DNA of 64,000 nt, taken from assembly GCA_002189035.1 (NCBI GenBank), contig NEEC01000013.1, positions 992,001 through 1,056,000 on the forward strand, in the 5' to 3' direction. Source of the stretch: Utricularia gibba. Taxonomy: Eukaryota > Plantae > Magnoliophyta. The notes under the pieces are model-generated. The model did no database searches. It saw nothing but the letters and a program-made list of their open reading frames with translations, and was not told the DNA's origin. Shown here in pieces: positions 17,032 to 28,717 of this stretch. The position numbers were made by a program, and so were the translations under genes. How positions within the stretch are numbered: position 1 is the stretch's first letter; every line of letters begins with the position of its first letter.

Positions 17032-17742
17032 ACTGGTATTCCAGGAGGGTTTGCCTGCTGCCCCCCTGTGACACAATGTTATGCTACCATTCTCTTTACG
17101 CTTCAAAAAAGAACCTGTATTTCTATCTCCTAGGACATATAGTGCTGATTCATACCTCGATTCATGGAGCTAAAAGCTACTTTTAATACACTGGAATTTA
17201 GCTCTGAATGATTGATTAGCATGTTCATTTTCTGCTCTTTGTGTGTTTCGTTTTATGTTGCAAATGGTGTGCTTTGTTTCTTAAGGTGGCTTGGGTTTCG
17301 CTACTTGTATATAAGTGTACGTACGCATAATTTATTGGGAGTTGGTGGGGAATGCAGCAGCAACCTTTGTATGAACATTGCTAATGGGATGGGATGATTT
17401 GTAACTGCCGACTTCCCCTTCGTCTTTTCTTCTCATCATCGCCAATCCGGGCCATTTGCCTGTTTTCCGTCTGTTTTTCCCTTTTCACTGTTGCAATAAC
17501 TTGTTATTGCCTTTTCTTTTCTTTTTTCGGGGAAAGCAAGCAGCCTTCCAAGGAGAAAGGAAGTTTTGGTCGTGAGAGATGTTGGATGATGAACAAAAGG
17601 CTTCATCTTCTTTCTGATTCAACTCTCTGCCTCAGTATTCCATGCAAGCATCTTTTGTTTGACATTGGATTGAACTTATTTGAGTTATTAGTCAGCAGAA
17701 CACATTTTAAATTGATATTTTTTTTTTGGTGGGATTTGATTG

Positions 17743-20700
17743 ATGGGGACCGATTCGCAGTTTGATTGGGGAACTGGGAGAATGGAGAGATGGTTGTATT
17801 TGACTCGCTGCAACTGGTTTGGTCTTCATTATTTGAGAAGACGTTACTTCGTCCTTCAGAATCACTTGCTTGAGAGATTCAAAGATGTCCACTTTCAGAT
17901 TTCCAGCTTTTCGTCCTTCCTGCTGTGTTTTGCACTTGATGATGCAAGAATGTTAATTAAATCTCAATTAATCTTGGGAGAGGGAGGATCCAGAGAAAGG
18001 TATCCAGTAAGTGTTTTTATTTGACTGCTAGCCTATAGGATTGATTGAAATGTCAATGAAATCAATCAGTGAATGATAATTTTTCTCCCTTTTGTCGTGA
18101 GGAGCGGCGTTGCAGGTCATTTTCATTTTTACCGTGCACAAGACTTCCGTTAATAATGATCCTCTAAAGGTCAATGAGCTTCATTTTTTGGTTTACTTGT
18201 AATATCTCATTTTGATTTATGCCGAATCAGTAATTTTAACTTACGTATAGTTTGGAGGAGAGGCTCCTGATGAAGCTACGAGATGGATCGAGGCGATACA
18301 AGAATCAGCTTTGAAGGGTAAAGTTGCTCTCTGTGTTATGATGATGGGTGCGAATTTTCACAAAACTAAGTTGTCCACTTGCAGTCAGACTGGAGTCAAG
18401 TAGGCCTCAGATCATCTGGATGTGAGCTATCATCAAGGAGATCGCAATCCTGAGTATTATGAGGTTATTTTACAAAACCTACGTGCTAAAATGAATTTTT
18501 AAATTCCCATCCAATATAGTAGTTGCTCCTCTTCATGTGATGCTAATCTTGATATTGGATTACCAGGATGCTGAAAGTTTTGTATAAGTAAGTTGTGTCA
18601 TTATAAGCCTTTTTTGTTGAATTCTTCTGTACTTACTGCCTATTTTAATATTTTTAAGGCCAAGCTGTTCTGATAAGCACGCCCCTCCAATTGACTGGAC
18701 AGTCGACACATCTTCAAGAACGGATGTTGTTGCTCCAGGAACTTGGAAACTCCTTGGCTGCAAAGATGGTGCATGCTTCTCTCATTGCTTTCTCTTATTA
18801 ACGTAAAGTGTTTTTAATATATTTAAGAAAAATGTAGGCCTTAGATTATATAAAGAGGCTAAAGATAAAGAATCTCATGCTAAGGTATGCTATAAATGTT
18901 AATCGTAGTATCAACAATTACGTTTCATAAGCAGCTTCTCAATTTCATAGTGGGATGATCATCCTGCAATTATGGCTGTTGGTGTACTTGATGCAACCTC
19001 AAAAGTGATTTTCGAGACAATCATGTCGCTTGGTTCTTTGAGATCAGAGTAAGTGTTCCTTGGTAACCCGAGAACATTGCGCAGATGGTCGCTATTATGG
19101 TTAATTTTTTTCCTCATTAATGCGGGGGGGGGGGGGGGGGGGGTTGTTAGAAAGATGGTATTCATCTCTATATGCTGAGTATTATCTGCAGAATGGGAGA
19201 ACGTGTTTAGTGGGTCTTAAGCCTAATCGAAAACCAATGGTTAGGAATGGAGAAGCGTGCTGTTTTGTGAAGGGCAGAGTAACTCTTACAAGAAAAAAAT
19301 CTGAGATGGACGACTTTCCTTTCTCTGATGGATAAATTTTTTATATAAGCTCAAGATGTCAAGGATCTCTCTAGATAGCTTCAACAAACTCTTTGTTTCT
19401 CCTAAGGATGCCAAGTTTGTTTAGAAAAGCAAAGAAAAGAACAGGGTTTATTCTGGATGTTATAATCAAGTCTGCATACTAATGATTGTGGTTTCTCGGT
19501 AGGGGGGTAAATATGCCCTGAGGTATCAAAACTAGTTACATTGTTCTTTTTATACAATTCTAATATTTGTGCAGATGGGACTTTTGCTGTGAAAAAGCTT
19601 CTGTTATTGAACATGTAGATGGTAATACAGATATAATTCATATGGTTTTCCATCGTCACTGGCTTCCCTGGTGTGTTTCATGCCTTTCATTTCTGTGCTA
19701 TCCTTTGTTCCCTTTCTTGATTGTCTTCAACGAGTTGATGTGTGGTACTACAACCTGCTGCAGGGGCATGCGGAGAAGGGATCTTTTGTTGCAGCGCGAT
19801 TGGCGATGCGAGGATGATGGCACATATGGTAAAAGTAGGAGTATTTTGAATGTTAAGAGTATTTCAAATTGACACCAATCATTGTTTGCATGCAGTAATT
19901 CTTTATCAATCTGTATTTCATCAGAGGTGCCCACGAAAAAGAGGCTGCGTACGTGCCTGCCTTAAAAGTATTGAGTTTCTCACTATTTACTCTTTCATTA
20001 ACTGGTTTTTACATTTTCAAGTGTGATCTAGAAACTTCTTTGTAGTAGCATTATCATGATGATTAATTCTTTTATTTTGATATATATGAAGTGCAATGGG
20101 ATATTATGACAGGTGGAGGATATGTCATAACTCCGGTTAACCAAGGAAAACAATCCATTGTAAAGCATATGCTTGCCATCGATTGGAAATTCTGGAGATC
20201 TTATGTGCAGATATCTTTTTCCAGATCAATGACAACAATCATGTTGGGAAGATTGGCTGGTCTGTTTCACTTTTATTTCTCCTTCTATTATTGGAGTTTT
20301 TCTTTTTATCTACAGATTATTTGAGGTGGAATGATTATTCCCCTAAGATTCTCTGCCGTGTTCATCTAAATTTTCTTTGTTCATTCTTGTTGATACATGA
20401 ACATTGAGTGTGTCGTGCCAATACGTCTAGTATACTTGATTTATGCTTTAAAAAAGAAACTTATTTCTTAAACCACTTTTGGTTTTTGTTCAATTTCAAT
20501 TGTTTGATTTATAGCCTTAAGAGAGATGCTTAGAGCCAAAACAGATTCCTCAGCACCTGGTTTCTCGACTGGAGAACTACTGAGCAGTAGCCGCAGGCAG
20601 GAAGCAAGGTTAATGAAAGTTGAAGTTCCAACTAGATTGGAAAATGGGCATGCCAGAGAGGATATGGAACAAGAACCAATGAAAATGCGATCTGAAAACT

Positions 20701-22723
20701 TCAGTCTCATTGGATTCAATGATGCAGAAGATGAATTCTTTGATGTCACAGAACCTCTTGATTATGAATCGTGTGAAAATTCTGCTTGGCCATCTGACCG
20801 CAGTCCTGAAACTCATGCTCAGGTGCTGTATGCTGCTTTCCGGTATTACATAAAGCTTGAATATTTCGCTTCCAAACATTCTACTAGTTATGTTTTTGTC
20901 TGATGAGTATTTTTGTGTTTTAGCTTACATATTTCTTGTTGTTGAAGTATGAAAGGAAACGCAACCTATCAATTGCTTCTAGTATTGTTAAAAGGTTCCA
21001 TGGCCTTACTGGTACGTTAATTCGTCCACCTCTTTCTGCTGGTTTGTTCTTATTGGATGATGGGAATGCTGTAGTAGTTTCAGACCTCTTAATGTTGCAG
21101 TTCAGAAGAAGTCTTGTGTAGACATGCACACGAAGGCAAGGGAAGGCATTCAGTGCAAACACGGATACACGCTTCCAAGGGATCCCACTTGTAACATGCT
21201 TTGTAGTTGGAACATTTCTGATTCCTCGTCTTTCCTTGTTCGTGGGAGGACTTATTTAACTGACAGATACAAGGTAGCGTGGCAGCTAAATAAATCCACA
21301 CACTAATAGGGCACCTGGCTGCTTCTTTTTCAACAACGGGAATGTGTCAATGGATCTGTTTGAAATCCATTTGGATGTTCATTCTCAATTTTTACATTAG
21401 ACCACAAATGTAAACTCCGAATGATTTCTTTAATGTGATTTCTCCTATCAGGTAAAAGCAAAAGGTACCCTGATGGAGATGGTGGGAGTAGATTGGTTGA
21501 AATCAGACAAGAGGGAAGATGATCTCGGAGGGCGGCCTGGTGGCATAGTCCAGGTTGGCTATTCTTTGTTAACATCTCAGCTCTTAGTTTTCATGATCTC
21601 CTTTCAATTGATCTTAGGATGTTGCTACAGAAATACGCTTCTAAAGGAGGTTCAGAATTCTTCTTCATTGTTAACATACAGGTGATTCTTTCTTTTGTTC
21701 AATTCATATCTTCGGTTTAGTTTTTCCTTTCTACAATCTATCTTCTGCTTATCAAAACCAGGTCCCAGGTTCAACAACTTACAACCTGGCTTTATACTAC
21801 ATGTTAACTACCCCATTGGAAAAGGTTCCTTTACTGGAGAGCTTTGTCAATGGGGATGATGCTTATAGAAACTCTAGGTTCAAGCTCATACCATGTATTT
21901 CTACGGTAAGCTCACTGCAGCAACAAAAAATCTGCCGTTGTTCTAATGATATGCAGCTTTTCATATATTGGATTACTTACACGATGTTCTTGCCACTATT
22001 TTTGCATTATCAACATCAGGGCTCGTGGATAGTCAAGCAAAGCGTTGGGAAAAAGCCATGCCTAATCGGCCAAGCCTTGGAAATTAACTATTTCCGTGGG
22101 AAAAACTACCTTGAGGTATAGTTTAGAAAAGTGATTTGCACTTGAGGCCTGCTTTACTTAGTGGATCAATTTCATTTTGCTATGAAGCTTGGGGTTGACA
22201 TTGGTTCGTCGACCGTGGCGAGGGGCGTCGTCAGCCTTGTTCTTGGCTGTCTTCGCAATTTAGTCATTGAGATGGCGTTCTTGGTGCAGGTAAAAAGTGA
22301 TATGTTGTAGTTTTCCTTAGAGTTTGTTTGATCCGGGAAACAACACATAACTTCTAACTCCCTTTAGCTAAGCGTTTGTACTCAATAGTGCATGTTGGCT
22401 GTAGTGCTCATAATGCAAATATGTTGCCATTCCCAGTGCAAAAAGAGTAGGTTTCTGGTGTTTATATTATCTATCGCTAAATGCTTTTCCAGGGAAATAC
22501 TCCAGACGAGCTGCCGGAAAGTCTCATTGGAACATGTCGACTCAACTACTTGGATATTTCCAAGGCTTTGATGGTAAGACCACAAGCCCGAAACAAGAAA
22601 CCACACCTTTTTTTTTTTTTTTTTTTTGAAGCAATGTGGGTGTTTATACCCAAACTTGTGACATATTTCATATTGTGTCATGATATCTGTTGCTTTGCGA
22701 TGCATCTCCTGTTGAATAGCTGA
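17743..22723 (+). CDS. EDR2L: EDR2-like PH-START-DUF1336 protein, multi-exon; PH region appears disrupted and the 3' end is uncertain
   Basis: Exons encode MERWLYLTRCNWFGLHYLRRRYFVL, WDDHPAIMAVGV, WDFC..VIEHVDGNTDIIH, EDDGTYVILYQSVFH, KHMLAIDWK, FLVRGRTYL, DDAYRNSRFKLIP, GSWIVKQSVGKK, ELPESLIGTCRLN. They splice in phase from 18659 onward. The exons near 17900-18000 and 18390-18455 do not splice cleanly. Confidence 0.88.
19124..19143 (+). repeat. G20 homopolymer in an EDR2L intron
   Basis: 20 consecutive G residues. Confidence 0.9.
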
Positions 22724-24742
22724 AAGGACTTGTTCTGCAATCCATTCAAGGTTGATAGGAATAGAGGAGTGCAGACTGAAAGTTACCACTCAAGCTACTC
22801 TTCCCCCCCATCTACATGGTGAGACACAGAGGTTTAAGGATTGTTTTTCTGCAATATCCCACAACTAGATCAAAGAACAGGAGGCTCCCGACATGCTGTG
22901 TTGCACCATTGCGGCCAGAAACCAGATGGGCCACGAATGAGATGTGAGCAGAATCTGGAAGGGGAGACCCAGTGTCTCCGTAGCTTGATGAACACTACCA
23001 GCTAGACTACCACCACCGGATCACAATGAGGATCAAATGAAGTAACCGAAGCAACTGCGGTAGCTCATGTTCCTAAGACAATAGACAAACAAGGGACAAT
23101 TGTGGGATCAATTATGTGATTGTAGGTGTGAGTTTTTGCATCTTCCATTTATGTGCAGTACAACGCACTACACTCCCCTATCAGACCCTCATCACACTGT
23201 CTAATCCCACCGGAAACATCGCCGGTCAGAGGTCCCCTCCGCGGTCTGTGGCCGGTCCCGACATGGAAGGAGATTTTGCAAGTTGAAACAGGGGGTTTCT
23301 CAAGAAATGGCGGTTCATTTTATTCTAGGGCATCAAATTTGGGAATTTAAGGCAACCAATTTGAAGTTAGATGGACACACACACACGTCTCTAAATTGGG
23401 TAGATACAAAGAATAATAAAAATAATAAAAAAAGAGACATGCCAAAATTCCAACCCTCAATTCTTTGGTTCGTGTAAAAAATTAATCATCGTAATCATGA
23501 TTAAATTTTTACATGTACAATGATCGGTTATATCATACACTTAAAGTCACTTTTGTAATACATTCCTATTTTTAGGTAATAATTTGGTTATAGATAGTAT
23601 TTATTAGAAAACATAATGGAATCATAATTCCGATAATTAATTAATTGCACCGTGTCCAATTTTTATTTACGAAAATAAATAAAGATGAATTATTTCCCCC
23701 ATTAGGCGGACCAACCCACATTTATGAATTTTTTTTTATTGAACATCCTTGTGAAAAGACGACTTCACCCCTCCGTTGCCTAATTACGATTATCTACTAA
23801 GCTTAATGGCTCAAGTTTTAATATGGATCATTTTATTGATTTTGGTATTTTTGAAGACTATAAAAAAACTTATTGAAAAAAATAAAAAGGATAATATTAT
23901 ATTTTGAATCATATAATTGACAACTTATGTTTCATAATAAAACAAATTAAATTGATCATTAACTCCCTCCTCCTCGATGAGTACAGAAGAGGTAGTTAAG
24001 GTAGTTAATGATGATTGATTGGTGGGGGTGGGATGGATTTTGCTCCTCCGGCCTCCCCAATTCAAGATCCCGATTACCACAGCGCAGGGAATTAAACCCC
24101 AACTGCCGCCTGCGCCAATGAATGCGTCCGCCCACCCGGGTTTTTTTGAAAAATACTGTGCGTGAGAAATGCATCTATGCATTTTTTTATGCATGATATG
24201 TGTGAGAAAAATGAAGTATGGTTAGATTTCAAAAACATCCCCGACCACCCCCCTGTTTGGATCCCATTCAAGCAAGTGCCCCCGCCATAGTAATGGATGT
24301 TTTTTCAATGAGCATCGTCGTCTACTGTGGAGCGGATCGGGTTGATTCGGATGGCACCATGCCTTCCCTGTGTTGTGGTCGAGGTGTGTTTCGGACATGG
24401 ATGGAATTCGAGCTTGTACTGAGCAAGAAAGAGATGATTCCGCCCGTGTTGGAATAATGATTTCACGAGCAAGTGTAACTAACTATACGGTAAACACATT
24501 AATAGGAGTTTGTAATGATGCTGGAAATTAGTGCCCCCAGACACGGGAGAACAGTGTGTCTTGTTGTCTCAATGCAGCACCCGCAACGGCGTCGTATTGG
24601 GTTTGACTTGTGCATATCAAAAGTGTATCCCTGTCGTCCGTCACGAGAAGAGAGCCGCAGATGTCTGGTCTGGTCTGCTTGTTTCGCTGATTGTGTCTGA
24701 TTCCTGTTGAATAATTCAGGTCTGTGCTCAATTTGCAAAGCG

Positions 24743-26346
24743 ATGGTTGAGAGTGACACCAGTGTGGACGTGGAGCTCTGGCACGCCTGCGCCGGCGGAA
24801 CGGTTGAGATTCCGACGGTGAATACTCGTGTTTTCTACTTTCCGCAGGGGCACGCCGAGCACGCGCTCGGGGCCGTCGATTTCGGGTCTCTGGGGAGAAT
24901 CCCACCTTTGATTCTTTGTAGAGTTGGTTATGTGAAGTATTTAGCCGATCCTGAGACGGATGAAGTTTACGCCAGAACAGGGCTGATTCCGTTGAAGAAC
25001 GATGAGGTTCTTGGTTTTCACGACGGGAGTACAATGTGCGAGTCCTCTGAAAACCCCATGTCTTTGGCCAAGACATTGACTCAGTCTGATGCGAACAGTG
25101 GCGGAGGGTTCTCGGTTCCTCGTTACTGCGCGGAGACCATTTTTCCGCCGTTGGATTACGGTGCTGATCCGCCGGCGCAGAGCTTGATCGCCAGAGACAT
25201 TCATGGGCATGCTTGGAAATTCCGACATATTTACAGAGGAACACCCAGGAGGCATCTTTTGACGACTGGTTGGAGTACTTTTGTCACCCAGAAGAGGCTT
25301 GTAGCTGGGGATTCCATCGCCTTCTTGCAGGCTGAGAACGGAGATCTTCGTGTGGGAATCCGGAGGGCGAAGAGGGAATCCGGAGCTTCATCCCTTTGGA
25401 ATAATGCTGTTGCCAACATGGCGGATGAGAAGACCGCAAGGGTGAGAGCAGAAGCAGTTGCCGAGGCTGCTTTCTTGGCGGCCAACGGCCGCCCTTTTGA
25501 GGTCGTATACTATCCTCAAGCTGGCACGCCGGAGTTCTGTGTAAGGGCGTCATCGGTGACGGAAGCCATGCGAATACAGTGGTGCCCCGGGTTGAGGTTC
25601 AAAATGCCTTTCGAAAACGAAGACTCCTCCAGGATTAGCTGGTTTATGGGCACTGTGGCCGCTGTCCAGTTCTATGATCCACAGCGTTGGCCTGGTTCTC
25701 CATGGAGACTGCTTCAGGTACTAGTAAGTGCTTCATCAGCATTTTCTCAGTTTCTTCTGACATTCTGTGTAATTCTCTATCCTTAGGTTATCTGGGACGA
25801 GCCTGATTTACTTCAAAATGTGAAGTCTGTGAGCCCTTGGCTGGTTGAAATGGTTTCACGCGTCCCTCCTATTTCCATCTCGAACATATCATCTCCAAGG
25901 ACGAATCTCCGGCTTCCACACCCGATGGGCTTTTCTGCGAATGGCCAACTTCCGATACCATCGTTTCTAGGCAATCCCCTCCGGCCAAGCAGTTGTATAC
26001 GGGATAATTTTACTGCAGGCATACAGGGAGCCAGGCAATATAATCATGCACATGGCACACCACTTTCTTCGGATCTCCATCTTAGCAATGAAATGCAGAT
26101 GGATCTCTTACCTCCTAGTTTCCCCAGCACGATGTCGCTGATATCAAGACTAGCGGCATCACAGACGATGATGAGGACATACCCTGCTTGTTGAGCATGG
26201 GTTGCAACACCAGTGAAGCAAAGTCAGAGAAAATGGATAATGGAGCAAGAATTCCTTCCTTTATCCTGTTTGGTCAGCCAATACTGACTGAGCAGCAAAT
26301 GTCGTCCCAGGACCAGCAGTCCAGTGAACAGTTTCTCCAGCACTAG
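24743..26346 (+). CDS. ARF10/16: Auxin response factor, ARF10/16 class, ~511 aa after a 1-nt correction at 26122-26125; no PB1 (III/IV) domain; exons 24743-25717, 25787-26346
   Basis: LWHACAGG, B3 domain AKTLTQSDANSGGGFSVPRYCAETIFP, WKFRHIYRGTPRRHLLTTGWS, Auxin_resp domain, miR160 site (AGIQGARQ). After the C-run the shifted frame gives IPCLLSMG and FILFGQPILTEQQ. Confidence 0.92.
26017..26037 (+). promoter_or_regulatory. miR160 target site
   Basis: AGGCATACAGGGAGCCAGGCA is complementary to miR160 (UGCCUGGCUCCCUGUAUGCCA) at 20/21 positions. Confidence 0.95.
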
Positions 26347-26587
26347 AAAGCAGTCCCGTGATCAGCAGCAACTGGCCAGCCAATACTCACTTTAACAGAA
26401 GATGTCCCAGTAACTACGCCGAACCGTATGGCGTGTGAGTAGCATGCTCGCTCGGCCCGGATAACCTCTCACTAAACCACAGGATTCATAGTTTCTTCTC
26501 ATACACCGATTCTTCTTTGGGCTTGTTCTTCCGTCCATCCATCAAAAGAAATTAATTTTTTGACATGTACTCTGGCTGAAAACCAAC

Positions 26588-27213
26588 CTCAGAAGTGAAG
26601 AAATACGAACTTGTTTTCTTGATGAGATCATCTGGCGAATAGCTGTCTGAAAACAGGAGAAAATAGCGTATTCAGAATTCCCGGTGGGTTTAGGACGAAA
26701 GTCGTAAGGCATAGCAAGTGACAAACAATGACTAGAATTCACAGGAGAAGCCTGATCCACCCACAGTATGATCCTCTGTATGATTTATGTACAAAACCCC
26801 CGGGCCCCGATGGCCAGTACTTCACCGGAAACACCAGAGATCACAGCCAACCTCCTGACTATAACCAAATACCGCCGCTGCATAGCATTCTCAATGCCAT
26901 CTGCTTCCACGCCGACGAATTCCACAAGCTCGGTAATAAAAACATTGTCACATTGTCGAGTAAAGCTCCACGTTTCTGGACTACAGAAAAACGCAAATCC
27001 AACATCAACTTGAAGCACCACCAATCACGAAATTTTCACCCCTTCCAAATCCTAACCCGAGAACCAAGTAAAAAATTGAAATTCAGACCTCATCGGAGAG
27101 GAAGCGGAGAAAGGAGGTTCCAACTTCCAAACGTATATCGTCAATCCATCCCCACAGATTTCGAGGACAGACTGGGGCAAAAGCTCAGCTGAGGCTTGCC
27201 TCTGGATCTGCAT
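26588..27213 (-). other. Orphan spliced transcription unit (small ORF or lncRNA), divergent from CASPL5A
   Basis: Minus-strand GT-AG introns 27088-26981 and 26872-26647 with pyrimidine tracts. ATG at 27213 gives an 83-aa spliced ORF (MQIQRQASAELL...). No recognised homology. Confidence 0.35.
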
Positions 27214-27452
27214 CAACCCTAGTTCCGATTAGAAGATCGGCAACGAGATGGGAGCGGGAGGTAGGATTCGCTTGTGACGCTTTTGCGCCTTTACTCTTTG
27301 TTTATTGTTATTAATAATATTTTATTTTATTTTGTTTTGTTTCATTTTTCTCTTGGACCCAAAGTGGACAAAACGCGACAGAAAGTAGTTGGTTACCGTG
27401 GCGGTTCCTCCGAACTCTCCTGCGCTAAAGTTGCCGGCGAGAGTTTGCGTTG

Positions 27453-28717
27453 ATGGATCCGAGGCTGGGGGCGGTGCATCCAGTGGGTGCGCCGCTGGAG
27501 CAGACGGAGGGTGCGATACATGTGTTCCCGCCCCGCGCTAGGGTGAAGGATCTTCAGGGTATGCCGGGGACAATCGGCGGCGTGGTTCTGCGTCTCTTGC
27601 AATTTATATTTGCCGCTGTAGCACTCACAGTCATGGCGACCACCAGTGACTTTCCATCAGCCACTGCTTTTTGGTAATTTGACTTAATTGAACAGCTTAA
27701 TCTGAGGTTATTGTTTTTAGAAAAGGCTGATCGTCAATGGGTAATCGTAGCTGATGATTCATGTCGATGAAGCTCTGCTAAGAGGCAGCTTTTGGAAGAT
27801 TGAGTGTTGACGACTTAAGTTCTGATTAGCCTTTGCTTTTGCGCTTGATTATTTACTTGCTTCGTAAGATTATTGGGATATCGACATTGAGTTTTATTAT
27901 ACCCACAAGTCGTGTTGGCTTTCAAATGAGAGATAACTTCCATTTTTATTTGTTCGCTCTTATGGTGTTCCTGTTGCAGCCTGATTGATTTGATTTTGGT
28001 AAAGCTTAGAGGAGCATTGGTTTTTCTTCATTTCAGCAATATATCTCACCCCATAATTCCTCTTTCTGTATTAAATTTTGTTGCAAAACTATGGCACTGA
28101 AAGTTGTGTTACAGGTGTGACACCTTGTTCAAATTTGAACATTTCTATAGCCTCAATGGTTCCCAAAAAAAATTGAGTCATCACTTTAAAGCAAATGATT
28201 TACAGAACCCTGCACATTGCAAAATGAACTTTTTAATGCATGGCTAGCTTCATGTCTTCCTGAAAACAACAGAGCTACATTTTTTCTATGTTCTCCATCC
28301 ATGCAGTTACCTGGTTGCAGCAGCTAGTTTGCAGAGTTTATGGAGCCTTGTATTAGCAATTGTGGATGCCTATGCTCTTCTAGTAGGACGTGGTCTGCGG
28401 AACTCTAATGTTGTTGGTGTGTTTGCCATTGGGGATGGGGTAGGTCCCCTCATGAACTAATCACAATCAAGCTATAACAGAAACCTTGCTCTCCCCTTCA
28501 TCTCGGTGCTTTGTTGTTGCAGGTTACATCCACCCTGACATTTGCCGCGGCTTCGGCATCAGCAGGCATCACTGTTCTCATTGGCAATGACCTCGGAGTA
28601 TGTGGTAAAAATCACTGCACACAGTTTGAAACTGCGACAGCCATGGCCTTCCTCTGCTGGTTCACCACCATGCCTTCTTTCTTGTTCAATTTTTGGTCAC
28701 TGGCATCAAGAAGATGA
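27453..28717 (+). CDS. CASPL5A: CASP-like protein, subgroup 5A, 182 aa; exons 27453-27673, 28307-28439, 28523-28717
   Basis: [78 protein letters not shown]. In-phase GT-AG introns. Confidence 0.95.

Noticed and set aside
17394-17765. 123-aa hydrophobic ORF between CDC48 and EDR2L
   Set aside because: T-rich UTR/intron-like composition and no recognisable motif.
22800-23300. TAS3 or miRNA precursor near ARF
   Set aside because: No miR390 sites, tasiARF sequence or convincing hairpin.
24290-24460. Weak ARF-like peptide echo (MAPCLPCVVVEVCF) and short ORFs upstream of ARF
   Set aside because: Similarity is too short to separate from chance. These may be leader uORFs, but the TSS is unknown.
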